Source: a virus
Lineage: Duplodnaviria; Caudoviricetes
Virus record (IMG/VR): IMGVR_UViG_3300024229_000651
Length of the DNA: 64,000 nt
Strand: one strand, 5' to 3'
Of this stretch, positions 38,216 through 48,014 are shown one piece after another. A program made the position numbers and the translations under genes. Positions within the stretch are counted from its first letter, which is position 1, and the number at the start of each line of letters is the position of its first letter. The notes under the pieces were generated by a model that was not told the origin of the DNA, did not search any database, and saw nothing but the letters and a program-made list of their open reading frames with translations.

Positions 38216-39952
38216 TTAGTACGACAACGTACTAATTGATGTATATCCCAAGTTGTTTAATGCACCGATAACTTGGTTAGCATAATACGTAGCATTACTT
38301 GCAGCAATAACATCAGTCTCTACAGATATTGTAGCAGTCATATCACTAAGCCCTGCAGTCCCATTGTAGTTCCCTGTGCCGTTAATCACAGCACTAACAT
38401 ACTCTTTGTAACCGGAATAAGTTCCGGGACCAGTGTTTATCTGGAACAACACACCTCTAAAGTAGGCACTTCCGTTTGTGGATAGTGCAGAGTTCACGTC
38501 ACTGCGTAGAGCAGCAATATCTGTATTGTGTTGAGTAGTAGGAAGCGTTGGATAGTTTTGTACAGCACCGTACGGTGAGTTCTCATCTGAGAATACTAAG
38601 TTAATAACTTGCGTAATGTTAGCATTACTGCCCATAGTATTCATTTGATCCCAAACTTTCTCGTCGGGCTTTTCAAAGAATGTTACGTTTTCATCGTAGA
38701 TATCACCATCATTATTATAGAATGGTAGCAATGCATTTTTAAGTACATTAGTCTTCATTGTTTGCATAGGAGTTAGTGACGTATTCATACTGCCGCTTGT
38801 ATCGAAGAATATATTAATTTCAGTGTTTGTGTCAATAGTAACTTCTGCTTCTTCTTCTTCGGTCTCATCGCATGGGCAAGTTGCATCACTGTCACCAGCA
38901 ATACCGTTGTCTGATACTCTTCTCCAATTGGTCCCGTCAAATACAACAATAGTCGGTCCAAACGGATCGTTTACACAAAAAACAAATGTACCTGCACTTA
39001 TGTTTATAGTAGGTAGTTCTACAACACGATATGTAGGCATCATAGGTAAACCACTATCTGTGACTACAAAACCTTGATCCACAATAGCACCAGTTCTGCT
39101 AGTAATAGAACCCAAGTCACTTCTGATCTCGTCACTACCCACAATCAAGTCATAGTCTGTGAACTGTTCAAACGACACACTTCTAACTAAGCCTGTGGTG
39201 AGATGTCCCGTGTTCCGCTGGTATGTTAAGCCAGGCGTTCCATGAAATGCGCCACTATTGTTAAATTGTATTTCTGTATTGCTACCGCCAGGAGAGATAT
39301 TAAAATTAGCAAAAGTTAAATTACCTTGGCCATCTGTAGTTAATATTTGATCAGCGGTGCCATCTGCTGTAGGGAAACTGTATGCATTAGTTACTGATAG
39401 TGATCCTGCACTAATAGTGTTACCTTCAATAACGTTCGGAGAACCGTTAGGTCTAATACTACCTATGACATTGCCGTGCAAGTCGCCAACAAAGCCGCCT
39501 GCTACTAATGTTTCAGTGCCTAGTGTCCACTCACCTTCTGACTCGTCCCACAAGAAAGTAACATTAGGCTCATCGCCTCTGTTCATTTCTATGCCACCAT
39601 CACTAACATTGTCAGCACCAGAGAAGTCGCTGTTTAGAACAACAATGTTGTCCTCAACTTCTAACACGTTTGTGCTGATTGTAGTTTGATTGCCTGTAAC
39701 AGTTAGATTGCCTGTTACTGTGAGGTCTTGCGTTGTGGCATTACTGCCAGCTACTATTAAGTCGTTCCACGTTACTACACCATTTGATATTTCGGCAATT
39801 TTGATAGCAGCATTAGTGCTATCTAGCCATATATCACCTGCTGTAACATTTGCGTCAATAGGTGTGGATGTTGAGCCAAAGACTTTACCACCGCGTTTAC
39901 CAAACTGAAAGTTTGAATTGGTGGTTCCTTTGGCATTCATGTAAACTGCCAT
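38216..39952 (-). CDS. virion structural/fibre protein with C-terminal vWA-like domain
   Basis: tail-fibre-like TVTGNLTVTG...WDES segment; IFFDTSGS; paralog of 6806..8920; GATAAATA at 40021. Confidence 0.65.
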   Translation of the reverse strand: MAVYMNAKGTTNSNFQFGKRGGKVFGSTSTPIDANVTAGDIWLDSTNAAIKIAEISNGVVTWNDLIVAGSNATTQDLTVTGNLTVTGNQTTISTNVLEVEDNIVVLNSDFSGADNVSDGGIEMNRGDEPNVTFLWDESEGEWTLGTETLVAGGFVGDLHGNVIGSIRPNGSPNVIEGNTISAGSLSVTNAYSFPTADGTADQILTTDGQGNLTFANFNISPGGSNTEIQFNNSGAFHGTPGLTYQRNTGHLTTGLVRSVSFEQFTDYDLIVGSDEIRSDLGSITSRTGAIVDQGFVVTDSGLPMMPTYRVVELPTINISAGTFVFCVNDPFGPTIVVFDGTNWRRVSDNGIAGDSDATCPCDETEEEEAEVTIDTNTEINIFFDTSGSMNTSLTPMQTMKTNVLKNALLPFYNNDGDIYDENVTFFEKPDEKVWDQMNTMGSNANITQVINLVFSDENSPYGAVQNYPTLPTTQHNTDIAALRSDVNSALSTNGSAYFRGVLFQINTGPGTYSGYKEYVSAVINGTGNYNGTAGLSDMTATISVETDVIAASNATYYANQVIGALNNLGYTSISTLSY

Positions 39953-40030
39953 ATGTAATATACTCCGATCTGCTAATAAAGCAGTCTAGGGCAGTATGCC
40001 CTAGCTCTAAGTTATATTACTATTTATCTT

Positions 40031-40729
40031 TTATTGATCGAAGGTGACTCGATTTACAAACGTTTCTTTGCACTTACTGTAATCAGACACTTCGTGGCTT
40101 TTAACGAATGCTGAGAACTCCATTTTTGTGCCTACTGAAAAGTCTTCAACTGTGTTTTTGTGAAAACGTGACATATCCAAGAAACACTTTACAATGTTTT
40201 CATCCTCTGTCAGCACGGCAACTAGCACACTGTGGCTCCGGGCAATGTATCTACTCATTGCTATAGTGCCGTTGAAGTGCCCACGCTTGCCTAGTTCTCC
40301 CTCAAAATCAGCTGTCTTGCGCAAACTACGCTCTTTATCAGACCATACATCGTGCTTGATGTTGTTACGGTACATGTTGGGCAAGCTAGGGGCTACAGCG
40401 AGCCTATCGTCCCTACCGTTGACATTGATATCTTCGGCTTTGATTAGGTCAACAATTTTCTGCTCAAAGTCGCTGAGGTTGCGCTGAATAGCCTTAAATA
40501 TCAATCCCTGAAAGTAATCGATAATTTCGCTGGCTTTTTCATTGTGAGCATCAGTCACTTGCAAATCTCTATTACCACGCAAACACTCGAGCAGAATATG
40601 GAAGTTTGCTTCTTCGCCTTCTTCCTTTTCTCGAGACTTCACATAGCGAAATCCTTGATGTTCGTCAACTGCCACACAAAGGCTAAGAATTTCCTTAGCA
40701 TCATACACTGATCTTTTTGAATCCTTCAT
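40031..40729 (-). CDS. hypothetical phage protein
   Basis: 232-aa ORF. Confidence 0.7.
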   Translation of the reverse strand: MKDSKRSVYDAKEILSLCVAVDEHQGFRYVKSREKEEGEEANFHILLECLRGNRDLQVTDAHNEKASEIIDYFQGLIFKAIQRNLSDFEQKIVDLIKAEDINVNGRDDRLAVAPSLPNMYRNNIKHDVWSDKERSLRKTADFEGELGKRGHFNGTIAMSRYIARSHSVLVAVLTEDENIVKCFLDMSRFHKNTVEDFSVGTKMEFSAFVKSHEVSDYSKCKETFVNRVTFDQ

Positions 40730-40739
40730 AGTATAATCC

Positions 40740-41063
40740 TTAGTCTAACCGTGAGCGTGAAAACAGTTTAACTTCTGGTAGATACTTGTTAACAGTATCC
40801 ACATAAGCATCAGTACCAGCCATCTTAGCACTCATGTCTTGAGTATAGCTACCGCTTGGGTTCCATAACTTGTACCCGCCTTCGTAACTTTTATCAAAGC
40901 CCTGAGCAATAAAACTCTTGCCTACTCTGGTGTTGCCTTTTTCGTAACAGGACACCCATGCAAATCCACAGTTACCTGGATGCTCGCCGTGAGCCTTAAT
41001 ATAGTTGTCTGTGGCTTGCGCCGCATTAAGAAGTGCTTCGTTGTGAATTTGTTCTGTTAACAT
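40740..41063 (-). CDS. hypothetical phage protein
   Basis: start at MLTEQI; has its own promoter. Confidence 0.7.
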   Translation of the reverse strand: MLTEQIHNEALLNAAQATDNYIKAHGEHPGNCGFAWVSCYEKGNTRVGKSFIAQGFDKSYEGGYKLWNPSGSYTQDMSAKMAGTDAYVDTVNKYLPEVKLFSRSRLD

Positions 41064-41094
41064 ATTTTCTACCCTTTGCTTAATTATGTATACA

Positions 41095-41123
41095 ATTATA
41101 CCGGAAAAAGTGGCGCAAGTCAA
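41095..41123 (-). promoter_or_regulatory. sigma70-type early promoter
   Basis: TTGACT-17-TATAAT, nearly identical to 12543-12571. Confidence 0.85.
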
Positions 41124-41128
41124 CCTTT

Positions 41129-41416
41129 TTAGGCAGACTCGACCACAGAAACTCTTTCGTCATATTCCATCATGCTAACTTGAAATGGAACAAAACCTGT
41201 GTCGCCTTGGCGAACGTTGTCACTACACTCAGTGACTTCGATAGTGTATCCATCGCACAGATAAATCTCACGTCCCAGCTCTGGTTCAAAACGATGAATT
41301 GGACCTTTCTCAATAACCTTACCAACTAGGAAACTGTCCTCACGACCTTCCATTGGCTTAAAATCAAACGCTTTGATTACGTCACCAACTTTAGCCGTCT
41401 CTGCAAATTTCAACAT
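41129..41416 (-). CDS. hypothetical phage protein
   Basis: 95 aa with its own promoter. Confidence 0.7.
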   Translation of the reverse strand: MLKFAETAKVGDVIKAFDFKPMEGREDSFLVGKVIEKGPIHRFEPELGREIYLCDGYTIEVTECSDNVRQGDTGFVPFQVSMMEYDERVSVVESA

Positions 41417-41448
41417 ATCTTCTACCCTTTTGCTTAATTATGTATACT

Positions 41449-41476
41449 ATTATACTGGTTTTTGGGGAGAAGTCAA
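41449..41476 (-). promoter_or_regulatory. sigma70-type early promoter
   Basis: TTGACT-16-TATAAT. Confidence 0.8.
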
Positions 41477-41548
41477 GTTTTGGAAACGCTGTAAGTCGTT
41501 GATTTTGTTAGGTTTTTAAAATAATTTCCAGAAATTCCGGCATGTTTT

Positions 41549-41598
41549 TAAGTGCTTGATTACACTAGAGTTTTTTCTGTATGTAAATCAAGCACTTA
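41549..41598. repeat. 13-bp inverted repeat of TAAGTGCTTGATT
   Basis: TAAGTGCTTGATT-24 nt-AATCAAGCACTTA. Confidence 0.85.
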
Positions 41599-41599
41599 G

Positions 41600-43222
41600 T
41601 TAAAATAGGCAAATATCTGGGTGAGTTTGGATGCTAAACGCTGGAGATTGGGTACGTATTATATTGTGATTCAATTCGTGTAACTGACTCATCAGCCATC
41701 GGGTACGTTGGATTGTATTGGTGTTGTTGGTGGGAGGAGGTTGTTCCTCCTTTCCATCTAAGCAAAAGCAACCACCATCAGTGCCCAGCTGTACTGACTG
41801 CCCCGTTTCAGGAATTATGCACGTTGAATTAGGATCAGAGAATCTACCTGTAGATAAGTCTGCATAACTCATGATAGTTCCGTACCCACCGTACGTACCA
41901 GCATAGTTCGGATTGTCTGATTGTAAGTCAAACCCGGGAAGATTATATCCATAGGAGTGTTCGAACAGCCCGGGCGTATCAGTGTCATTCCATTCGTGTG
42001 CCGCACCAAGTAAGTGTCCTACTTCGTGTGCAAATGTTTCGTTCGCACGTTGATAGTAACGTGTACTCGCAGTTGATTTAAATTGACTGTTATGGTAGCA
42101 CTGTGTGATCCCCCGTGTTTTATCCAAGCCCCGACTAGCATCTAAACTGGCTACCCCACATGCAATAGCATCGCTGGGTTTTGCTTTAAACAAGAATGCC
42201 ATATCTGCATTGGCATCACGTTGCCAGTTATCTAATCCTTGAAACTCGTAACGTCCATTAAAGAATGCCGCATACTGCCTATACAAATCGCCTGGCTGTA
42301 CGTCAACAATTTTGATGTCAGCTACACGTAACAAAGTGTACACACCTGATATCATGTATATATGGTTAGCGTCAAAAAATTGTTTGTCCACAAACTCTTC
42401 TATGGTCATCCCGTCGAGTTGCTCATCGCTGATGTTGGAATCAAAAACTACTAGCATATCAATAACAGCTCTGCCTGCATCGGCTGTGACAGGCTGGTAA
42501 GGGAAGTTTACATCCGACTTTTGCAGTATACCATCGCATGTCATGTAGTTGTATCTGGTGTCAATTCCTGCAGAGAAATCTGTTGGGCATTCGTCTGGCT
42601 TCGCCATTTGTATAAAGCATGATTGATCAATGTGTACAACTCGATCAGTATAAGTTCCGCCCTCACCGTCAGCAAAGTCCTGTAACCTATCCTCAGACAA
42701 TAAGTGATTTATACTGTCCTTGTGCTGGTCAAATTCTTCCTGTGTAACAGTATTTGCGCAGTACGATTCTCCTATAGGAGTTCCTTCTTCTGGCTCTTCG
42801 CTGGCTCCGCAATCTGTAGATTCTGATTCTACAATCTCTGTGTACACACCTCCAATGCCGTTAGCGAAGTCCTGTACTTTATCATGCTGTCTTAGTTGCG
42901 TAAGAATAGCAAGGAGAGTGTTAAACACTGTTTGTGTTTTGTTTGCGCAGTATGCACTGCCAATTGGAGTGCCGTATTGGGGAGGATCTTCGTAGCCGCA
43001 TGCCTCTGAATTCTCAGTCTGCGTTTCCGTTGATCCGCCTAGCCCATCGGCAATTACTTCTATAAGAGTTGTATCGGAACAGCGTTGTTCGAGTACTGTG
43101 CCTTGTGAGGGGTTATTGGGAGTTGTTGCTACTACTGTGGGAGGCGTAGCTTCTTCAGTAGAACTTGAGCCTCCACAGCTAGATAGAATCAGAATGGTTG
43201 AGATTAAAATTGCGTGTTTCAT
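41600..43222 (-). CDS. lipoprotein metzincin (reprolysin/M12B-like) metalloprotease
   Basis: lipobox LSSC; HEVGHLLGAAH; Met-turn TIMSY; three N-terminal Cys repeats. Confidence 0.85.
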   Translation of the reverse strand: MKHAILISTILILSSCGGSSSTEEATPPTVVATTPNNPSQGTVLEQRCSDTTLIEVIADGLGGSTETQTENSEACGYEDPPQYGTPIGSAYCANKTQTVFNTLLAILTQLRQHDKVQDFANGIGGVYTEIVESESTDCGASEEPEEGTPIGESYCANTVTQEEFDQHKDSINHLLSEDRLQDFADGEGGTYTDRVVHIDQSCFIQMAKPDECPTDFSAGIDTRYNYMTCDGILQKSDVNFPYQPVTADAGRAVIDMLVVFDSNISDEQLDGMTIEEFVDKQFFDANHIYMISGVYTLLRVADIKIVDVQPGDLYRQYAAFFNGRYEFQGLDNWQRDANADMAFLFKAKPSDAIACGVASLDASRGLDKTRGITQCYHNSQFKSTASTRYYQRANETFAHEVGHLLGAAHEWNDTDTPGLFEHSYGYNLPGFDLQSDNPNYAGTYGGYGTIMSYADLSTGRFSDPNSTCIIPETGQSVQLGTDGGCFCLDGKEEQPPPTNNTNTIQRTRWLMSQLHELNHNIIRTQSPAFSIQTHPDICLF

Positions 43223-43300
43223 TATGGCTCCTTGTGTACATCATAATCACAATGAGTGCATAATACCGCCTTGAGTCCACTCTATTAGTTTACTGTTTTG

Positions 43301-43957
43301 CTATTTTTTCTTTCTAGATCTTGCTACATGTTTAAGCATGTTTCTACTTGCAACGTCAAATGTTGTTAACATCTCTTCATCAGAAGAAAACGTGCAATTA
43401 ATAACTTGCTCTGCTATGTTATAGTCCTTATTTTCCATCAAATCAATTAGTGCAAACGCAGCTGCTTCTTCACCAATAAGATCTTCAGTTTGGTTGATTG
43501 TTTTGTTAGTGTTTGTAATTAACGGTGTAGCAACAAAGCCGAAGCTAATACAATGTATACGACATTTGTTAGCCCACGGATAGTTGAAGCTGTTTCTAAT
43601 GCAAAACTCTGACAACGCTCGCTTATCATTAACATAGTCACTGTCGTCATTAAGCAGTATACCTTTCAAGTATCCGCTAATTGATCCTGTGTTTATTATA
43701 ATCTTATCGCGATCGGACCATTTTTCATACAGTGTTTCTAGAATCTTGTTTTGTATTCCAGGATAGTATGCATTGTTAAAAACAACATCGGGATCGTAGT
43801 CGAGGATAGTGTCAATGATTGATTCACCATTATCGTCTGCAATATTGAACCCGTTGCTTTTAGAAAACCCACGAACTTCATGCTTACTAGTAAGCGATAG
43901 TACAGTGTCTAATGATAGACCAATTCCGCTACTATTACCAGTGATCGCTATTTTCAT
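43301..43957 (-). CDS. short-chain dehydrogenase/reductase-like protein
   Basis: IAITGNSSGIG, NNA, INTGS, YxxxK (YVNDK). Confidence 0.8.
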   Translation of the reverse strand: MKIAITGNSSGIGLSLDTVLSLTSKHEVRGFSKSNGFNIADDNGESIIDTILDYDPDVVFNNAYYPGIQNKILETLYEKWSDRDKIIINTGSISGYLKGILLNDDSDYVNDKRALSEFCIRNSFNYPWANKCRIHCISFGFVATPLITNTNKTINQTEDLIGEEAAAFALIDLMENKDYNIAEQVINCTFSSDEEMLTTFDVASRNMLKHVARSRKKK

Positions 43958-43966
43958 TATGAACCT

Positions 43967-44293
43967 TTAGTCGAAAAACTTATCCAACATAGAGCCAACT
44001 TTGCTGTCGACAGCTCGTTCTATTTTCCGAACGTCGACAACAATGCTGACTTTACTAACGTTGGAGAACGCTTTTATCATTGTTTGCCATGTTTTGTTGG
44101 GTGACGTGGGAAGCGGTTCATTGAGCTCTTTATGATTCATAATAGCCTGTTGACCGTCTTTGAATTCCAACACTACTTTGTCGATTATATCAAGAGGTAT
44201 CTCACTAGGAAAAATTTCCTTGAGTAACTCCTCAAAATCTCCATTGTTACTGTTCTTTGCTACCAAAAGTATTCTTACATCATTAGATGCCAC
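43967..44293 (-). CDS. hypothetical protein
   Basis: 108-aa ORF. Confidence 0.65.
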   Translation of the reverse strand: MASNDVRILLVAKNSNNGDFEELLKEIFPSEIPLDIIDKVVLEFKDGQQAIMNHKELNEPLPTSPNKTWQTMIKAFSNVSKVSIVVDVRKIERAVDSKVGSMLDKFFD

Positions 44294-44332
44294 GTCATCT
44301 CCTACAAATTTTGTGATATACTATTACTTATA

Positions 44333-44953
44333 TCAGATATTATCAATGGTAGCTTTTTGGGGCCTACCTGGCCCTTTCTTGGGTCTTAGACCTGGATCCA
44401 TTTCGTATGCTTCATTACGCTTACGTTCTGCATCCTCAACCAAAGACTTAGCATCTTGCTCAAGTAACGATGCTTGTGTAAGCAAGTTCTTAGCAATATC
44501 GCTAGGCTCTGATGATGTATTAGCCGTAGTACCCTCAATCTGTGCTGTAGTAACTCGGGTCTCAGGAGAATCAGTTTTCAGCGGAGGATTTGTTCCCTCT
44601 GCGATCTTTTTGATTTCCTTATTAATATCACCCAATGGTACAGATTGATTTGGAGCAGGAGTTAACTGCACCATACTGACCGGAACTTTTTGCAACTTGC
44701 CACGTGCATGTAATGCAGACAACATGTTTTCGCCGTCGGACAACATTCTGCGATGTAGTACTTCGCTGATGTCTTGCGCACTTTGTGCTTCATGACTATC
44801 AACTACGTTCATAACGTCATCGTGCAATTGACCTTCTAGTGTATTACTAGGTACAATCAATGCCGAGTCGTTGTCGTCTGGCAATTCTCTAAACACTATG
44901 ACACAAGGCTTACCGCCATATGTGCCTACGTGTTTCATGATTTTAGTAGACAT
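44333..44953 (-). CDS. hypothetical phage protein
   Basis: 206 aa; C-terminal AT-hook-like KKGPGRP. Confidence 0.7.
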   Translation of the reverse strand: MSTKIMKHVGTYGGKPCVIVFRELPDDNDSALIVPSNTLEGQLHDDVMNVVDSHEAQSAQDISEVLHRRMLSDGENMLSALHARGKLQKVPVSMVQLTPAPNQSVPLGDINKEIKKIAEGTNPPLKTDSPETRVTTAQIEGTTANTSSEPSDIAKNLLTQASLLEQDAKSLVEDAERKRNEAYEMDPGLRPKKGPGRPQKATIDNI

Positions 44954-44955
44954 AT

Positions 44956-45243
44956 TTACTCACCTTCGGATGCTTCTGCACCCTCTTCTGTTTCAGCAGA
45001 CTCTGCTTCAGCCGCCGCTTGTTGTTGTGACTGTACATATGATAGGAATGCTACCAATTTGTTATAAAGTGCTCCAACAACTTCTAGTTCACCTGCTCGG
45101 TATGCACCACGCTGGCTTCCCAAGTCAATTACTTGTGCCAATTGATCCAATTCACGCAGGGTTAAATTCTCTGGTGCAACTTGCTCTGCTGCATCGTTGT
45201 TTACAATCTCAGTTTCACCTGAGGTAGTAGCTTCTTCGCTCAT
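44956..45243 (-). CDS. hypothetical acidic protein
   Basis: 95 aa; GGAG RBS; TATAAATA at 45285-45292. Confidence 0.65.
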   Translation of the reverse strand: MSEEATTSGETEIVNNDAAEQVAPENLTLRELDQLAQVIDLGSQRGAYRAGELEVVGALYNKLVAFLSYVQSQQQAAAEAESAETEEGAEASEGE

Positions 45244-45298
45244 TTTTTAATTCTCCGTTAGTTAGTGTGTTTTTAACACAGTTTTATTTATATAGTGG

Positions 45299-46033
45299 TT
45301 ATTTAAAGCTGATACTTTCTTGGTACTTTGCTTCGTTATCTAGCACTACAGCTGATACAAAACCGCCCTTGCCACCACCAGTATCGGTAAAAATGGCTGT
45401 GCCGCCTTGCACATTCTTGTTAACACTTACCTTTGTTATGTTCTTATCAAAGGTAGGTATTGTTTCAAATGGGCTTCGATCGTGCCCTACAACAACTGTC
45501 TTGTCTTCGGGTATTCCTAAAGTCCAATCATATAATCTGCTGGGATACTCTTGCCCTCGCAACATTATTTTTTTAGTTCTGTCTGGATTTATTTCTCCAT
45601 ATAAGAACCCACGCTGAGTTTTTTTAGTATCTTTCTCACCTTCCCAAAACTCAGGTAGTACTGCCCCGTGAGTCAAAACAGTGTTGCTTATTTCAACGTA
45701 AGGCACCATGTTAGCATACAAACTAAAGAATGCATCCTTGACTACTGGATCTTCTAATGCGCTGATAGTTGTATCCATAGCCGGCGGGTACAGTTTAACA
45801 TCGTTGCCCTGGGCCCACCGGTAAATTTTGTTGTCATGGTTACCTTCAACAAATAAAGCCTTGCCTGTTTCTGCTAGGTACGAAGCAAACAATATAGTAT
45901 TAGCTGGATCAGGGCCATAATCCACAATGTCACCAAGGAAGATTGGCGTTGCCCGTAGCTCAACACTCTTGTTATATGCCGCTAACAAGGACCTATAATC
46001 GTTATGTACGTCACTGATCGCTAAATAAGTCAT
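45299..46033 (-). CDS. calcineurin-like metallophosphoesterase
   Basis: SDVH, GDIVDYG, GNHD, THG, GHD. Confidence 0.92.
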   Translation of the reverse strand: MTYLAISDVHNDYRSLLAAYNKSVELRATPIFLGDIVDYGPDPANTILFASYLAETGKALFVEGNHDNKIYRWAQGNDVKLYPPAMDTTISALEDPVVKDAFFSLYANMVPYVEISNTVLTHGAVLPEFWEGEKDTKKTQRGFLYGEINPDRTKKIMLRGQEYPSRLYDWTLGIPEDKTVVVGHDRSPFETIPTFDKNITKVSVNKNVQGGTAIFTDTGGGKGGFVSAVVLDNEAKYQESISFK

Positions 46034-46059
46034 AGTGTTTCTGCACTGTTTAATAGTAT

Positions 46060-46088
46060 ATTATACTGAAAACCACAAGTAAAGTCAA
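46060..46088 (-). promoter_or_regulatory. sigma70-type promoter
   Basis: TTGACT-17-TATAAT. Confidence 0.8.
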
Positions 46089-46091
46089 GAA

Positions 46092-47162
46092 TTAATATGA
46101 TTCTAGGGTGCCTTCTCGCACTAAATCACAGCTCACACAGTGAGGTCCGCCAGCTAATGTACGCATATGACGCATTCTAACGGGCACTGCGTTGACTCCG
46201 TGTTTCTCTATTTCACGTATCAAACCCACTTCTTCTTGGGGCACTATGACGCTGTCAGGGCTTATACTGAGCACATTCATGCCTATCCATTCACTTGCAG
46301 GAGCATAGTCTTCCAAGCAGGGCTGTCCCACGCACATTTCTTCAGTGTACCAGATTTTATCCCAGTCCTTAAAGATAGATGGGATCTTGTCCTTATCGAC
46401 TCTACTAGCATTAAGTATTACCAGACCAGGACGCAAAGGCATAATAGTGCTATCAACGTGAGCCCAACTGTATAAGTCGTGCATTTCGTGAACCCTAAAC
46501 TGTGGGCCGAGCGTGTTACGAAGCCATTGAGCTCCTTTAGCATTTCCTGTATTAGATATAAGATAAAGGATGTCATAGCCGCACCTAATTAAGTTTGCTG
46601 GATCGAGTATAGGCTCATTGTTGTTTACACTTGGGTCTCTGCCTGGTTGCAGTTTAAACAAATTATCTTGCAACATAGGTTTAGGCATAGGTAACCAACG
46701 AGCACCCTGCATCATCTTGTCCTGAAATAACTGATTGAACAAGAACGTTTCGTGATAGCGAGCCCTAAGACTCATAGCACCCTCGATAATTGCGTCACCT
46801 ATTACTGTGACACTATCCCTGGGGCAGTATGCTTCATATTGATCAGACTGCCATAATCCATTGGAAACGTTACTAGCGAAGTCTACGGCAGTCATGTCGG
46901 GTCTGTGAACTTTAACACCTTCCCCTTCTAACACATCTATCATGCCTGCTAAGTCTTCTTCAGCTTCTTCGTATACGTGAGCAGGATATCTGCCCTTGGG
47001 TACGTTAGCATACTCTTCTGGAGTAAGATTTGCATAATTAGTAGCATGGTGGCTTAGATCACCGTGAGGTATATTTGCACCAGTTGCTGTACCAATTATA
47101 ATTTCTTTTAACGGATCCCATTCATTGGGAGACCATATAGGTTTAGTTTGATTCATGTACAA
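46092..47162 (-). CDS. amidinotransferase (glycine/inosamine-phosphate amidinotransferase family)
   Basis: NEWDPLKEIIIG, CPRD, DPAN, HVDST, GGPHC (Asp-His-Cys triad). Confidence 0.88.
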   Translation of the reverse strand: MYMNQTKPIWSPNEWDPLKEIIIGTATGANIPHGDLSHHATNYANLTPEEYANVPKGRYPAHVYEEAEEDLAGMIDVLEGEGVKVHRPDMTAVDFASNVSNGLWQSDQYEAYCPRDSVTVIGDAIIEGAMSLRARYHETFLFNQLFQDKMMQGARWLPMPKPMLQDNLFKLQPGRDPSVNNNEPILDPANLIRCGYDILYLISNTGNAKGAQWLRNTLGPQFRVHEMHDLYSWAHVDSTIMPLRPGLVILNASRVDKDKIPSIFKDWDKIWYTEEMCVGQPCLEDYAPASEWIGMNVLSISPDSVIVPQEEVGLIREIEKHGVNAVPVRMRHMRTLAGGPHCVSCDLVREGTLESY

Positions 47163-47436
47163 TATTTATAGAATGGATTGGTGGTTGGCTTACAGTATCT
47201 GAACCGTTTGAGTACTGATTTGCTAAGTGTGCATCCTCTAGGCTTTCGAAGTATAAAATATATCCTTCACCGTGCACAATGCAACACCACTGACAAATAG
47301 CAGATTGTTCTAAGTGTCGAACCACATCGGGATCATCTGTATAAAATTTGTTAGAAAGCATACTTGCTAATTTCTCTGTGCCTTTTAACAATACAATTTC
47401 ATCTTCGGTTAGTCTGTTAAATCTTCTAAATGTCAT
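47143..47436 (-). CDS. hypothetical protein
   Basis: 97 aa, overlaps both neighbours. Confidence 0.65.
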   Translation of the reverse strand: MTFRRFNRLTEDEIVLLKGTEKLASMLSNKFYTDDPDVVRHLEQSAICQWCCIVHGEGYILYFESLEDAHLANQYSNGSDTVSQPPIHSINIVHESN

Positions 47437-48014
47437 CGTTTTACTAATACCTGTCTTTCGCTAAGTTGTTCAAGGGTTAGATTATTTGAGGATACAAATT
47501 CATTTACAGCCTGCATAACTTCAGGCCATGCATCATCGCAATCATCAAATACTATGATCCCATCCTTCTTTAAATACTTGAGTGCAAACTTTGCATCGTT
47601 AAGCACACTCAGGTATCTGTGAGTTCCGTCGATGTATACCATGTCGTACATAATCTGCAGATGTTTCATTACTGCAATGCCGTACTGGTTATAGTATCTT
47701 ATCTTGGGGAACGATTTTAATCGATTGTCAGCATATTCATCTATGCCTTGCTTGGGGTCTATACCTGCTGTATGTATAAAACTCTCAGGATGCTTACATA
47801 TATGGGTGTTCATCCACTCTGCACTAGATCCTATGCCTGTCCCTATCTCCATGATAATAACAGGCTGTGTAGTATCCAAATGTGCGCCTATGATCTTTTC
47901 CTTCCATACTTCCGCATGGGAGGAGTCGCCGAAGTACTCATATTGCTTCAGCAACTCCTCCAAAGACAACTGGGTGTCTTGTGAAAATATCAAATCATCT
48001 GGCTTAAATTCCAC
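47433..48014 (-). CDS. class I SAM methyltransferase (Methyltransf_24-like)
   Basis: MEIGTGIGSS, YIDGTH, IVFDD. Confidence 0.85.
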   Translation of the reverse strand: MEFKPDDLIFSQDTQLSLEELLKQYEYFGDSSHAEVWKEKIIGAHLDTTQPVIIMEIGTGIGSSAEWMNTHICKHPESFIHTAGIDPKQGIDEYADNRLKSFPKIRYYNQYGIAVMKHLQIMYDMVYIDGTHRYLSVLNDAKFALKYLKKDGIIVFDDCDDAWPEVMQAVNEFVSSNNLTLEQLSERQVLVKR

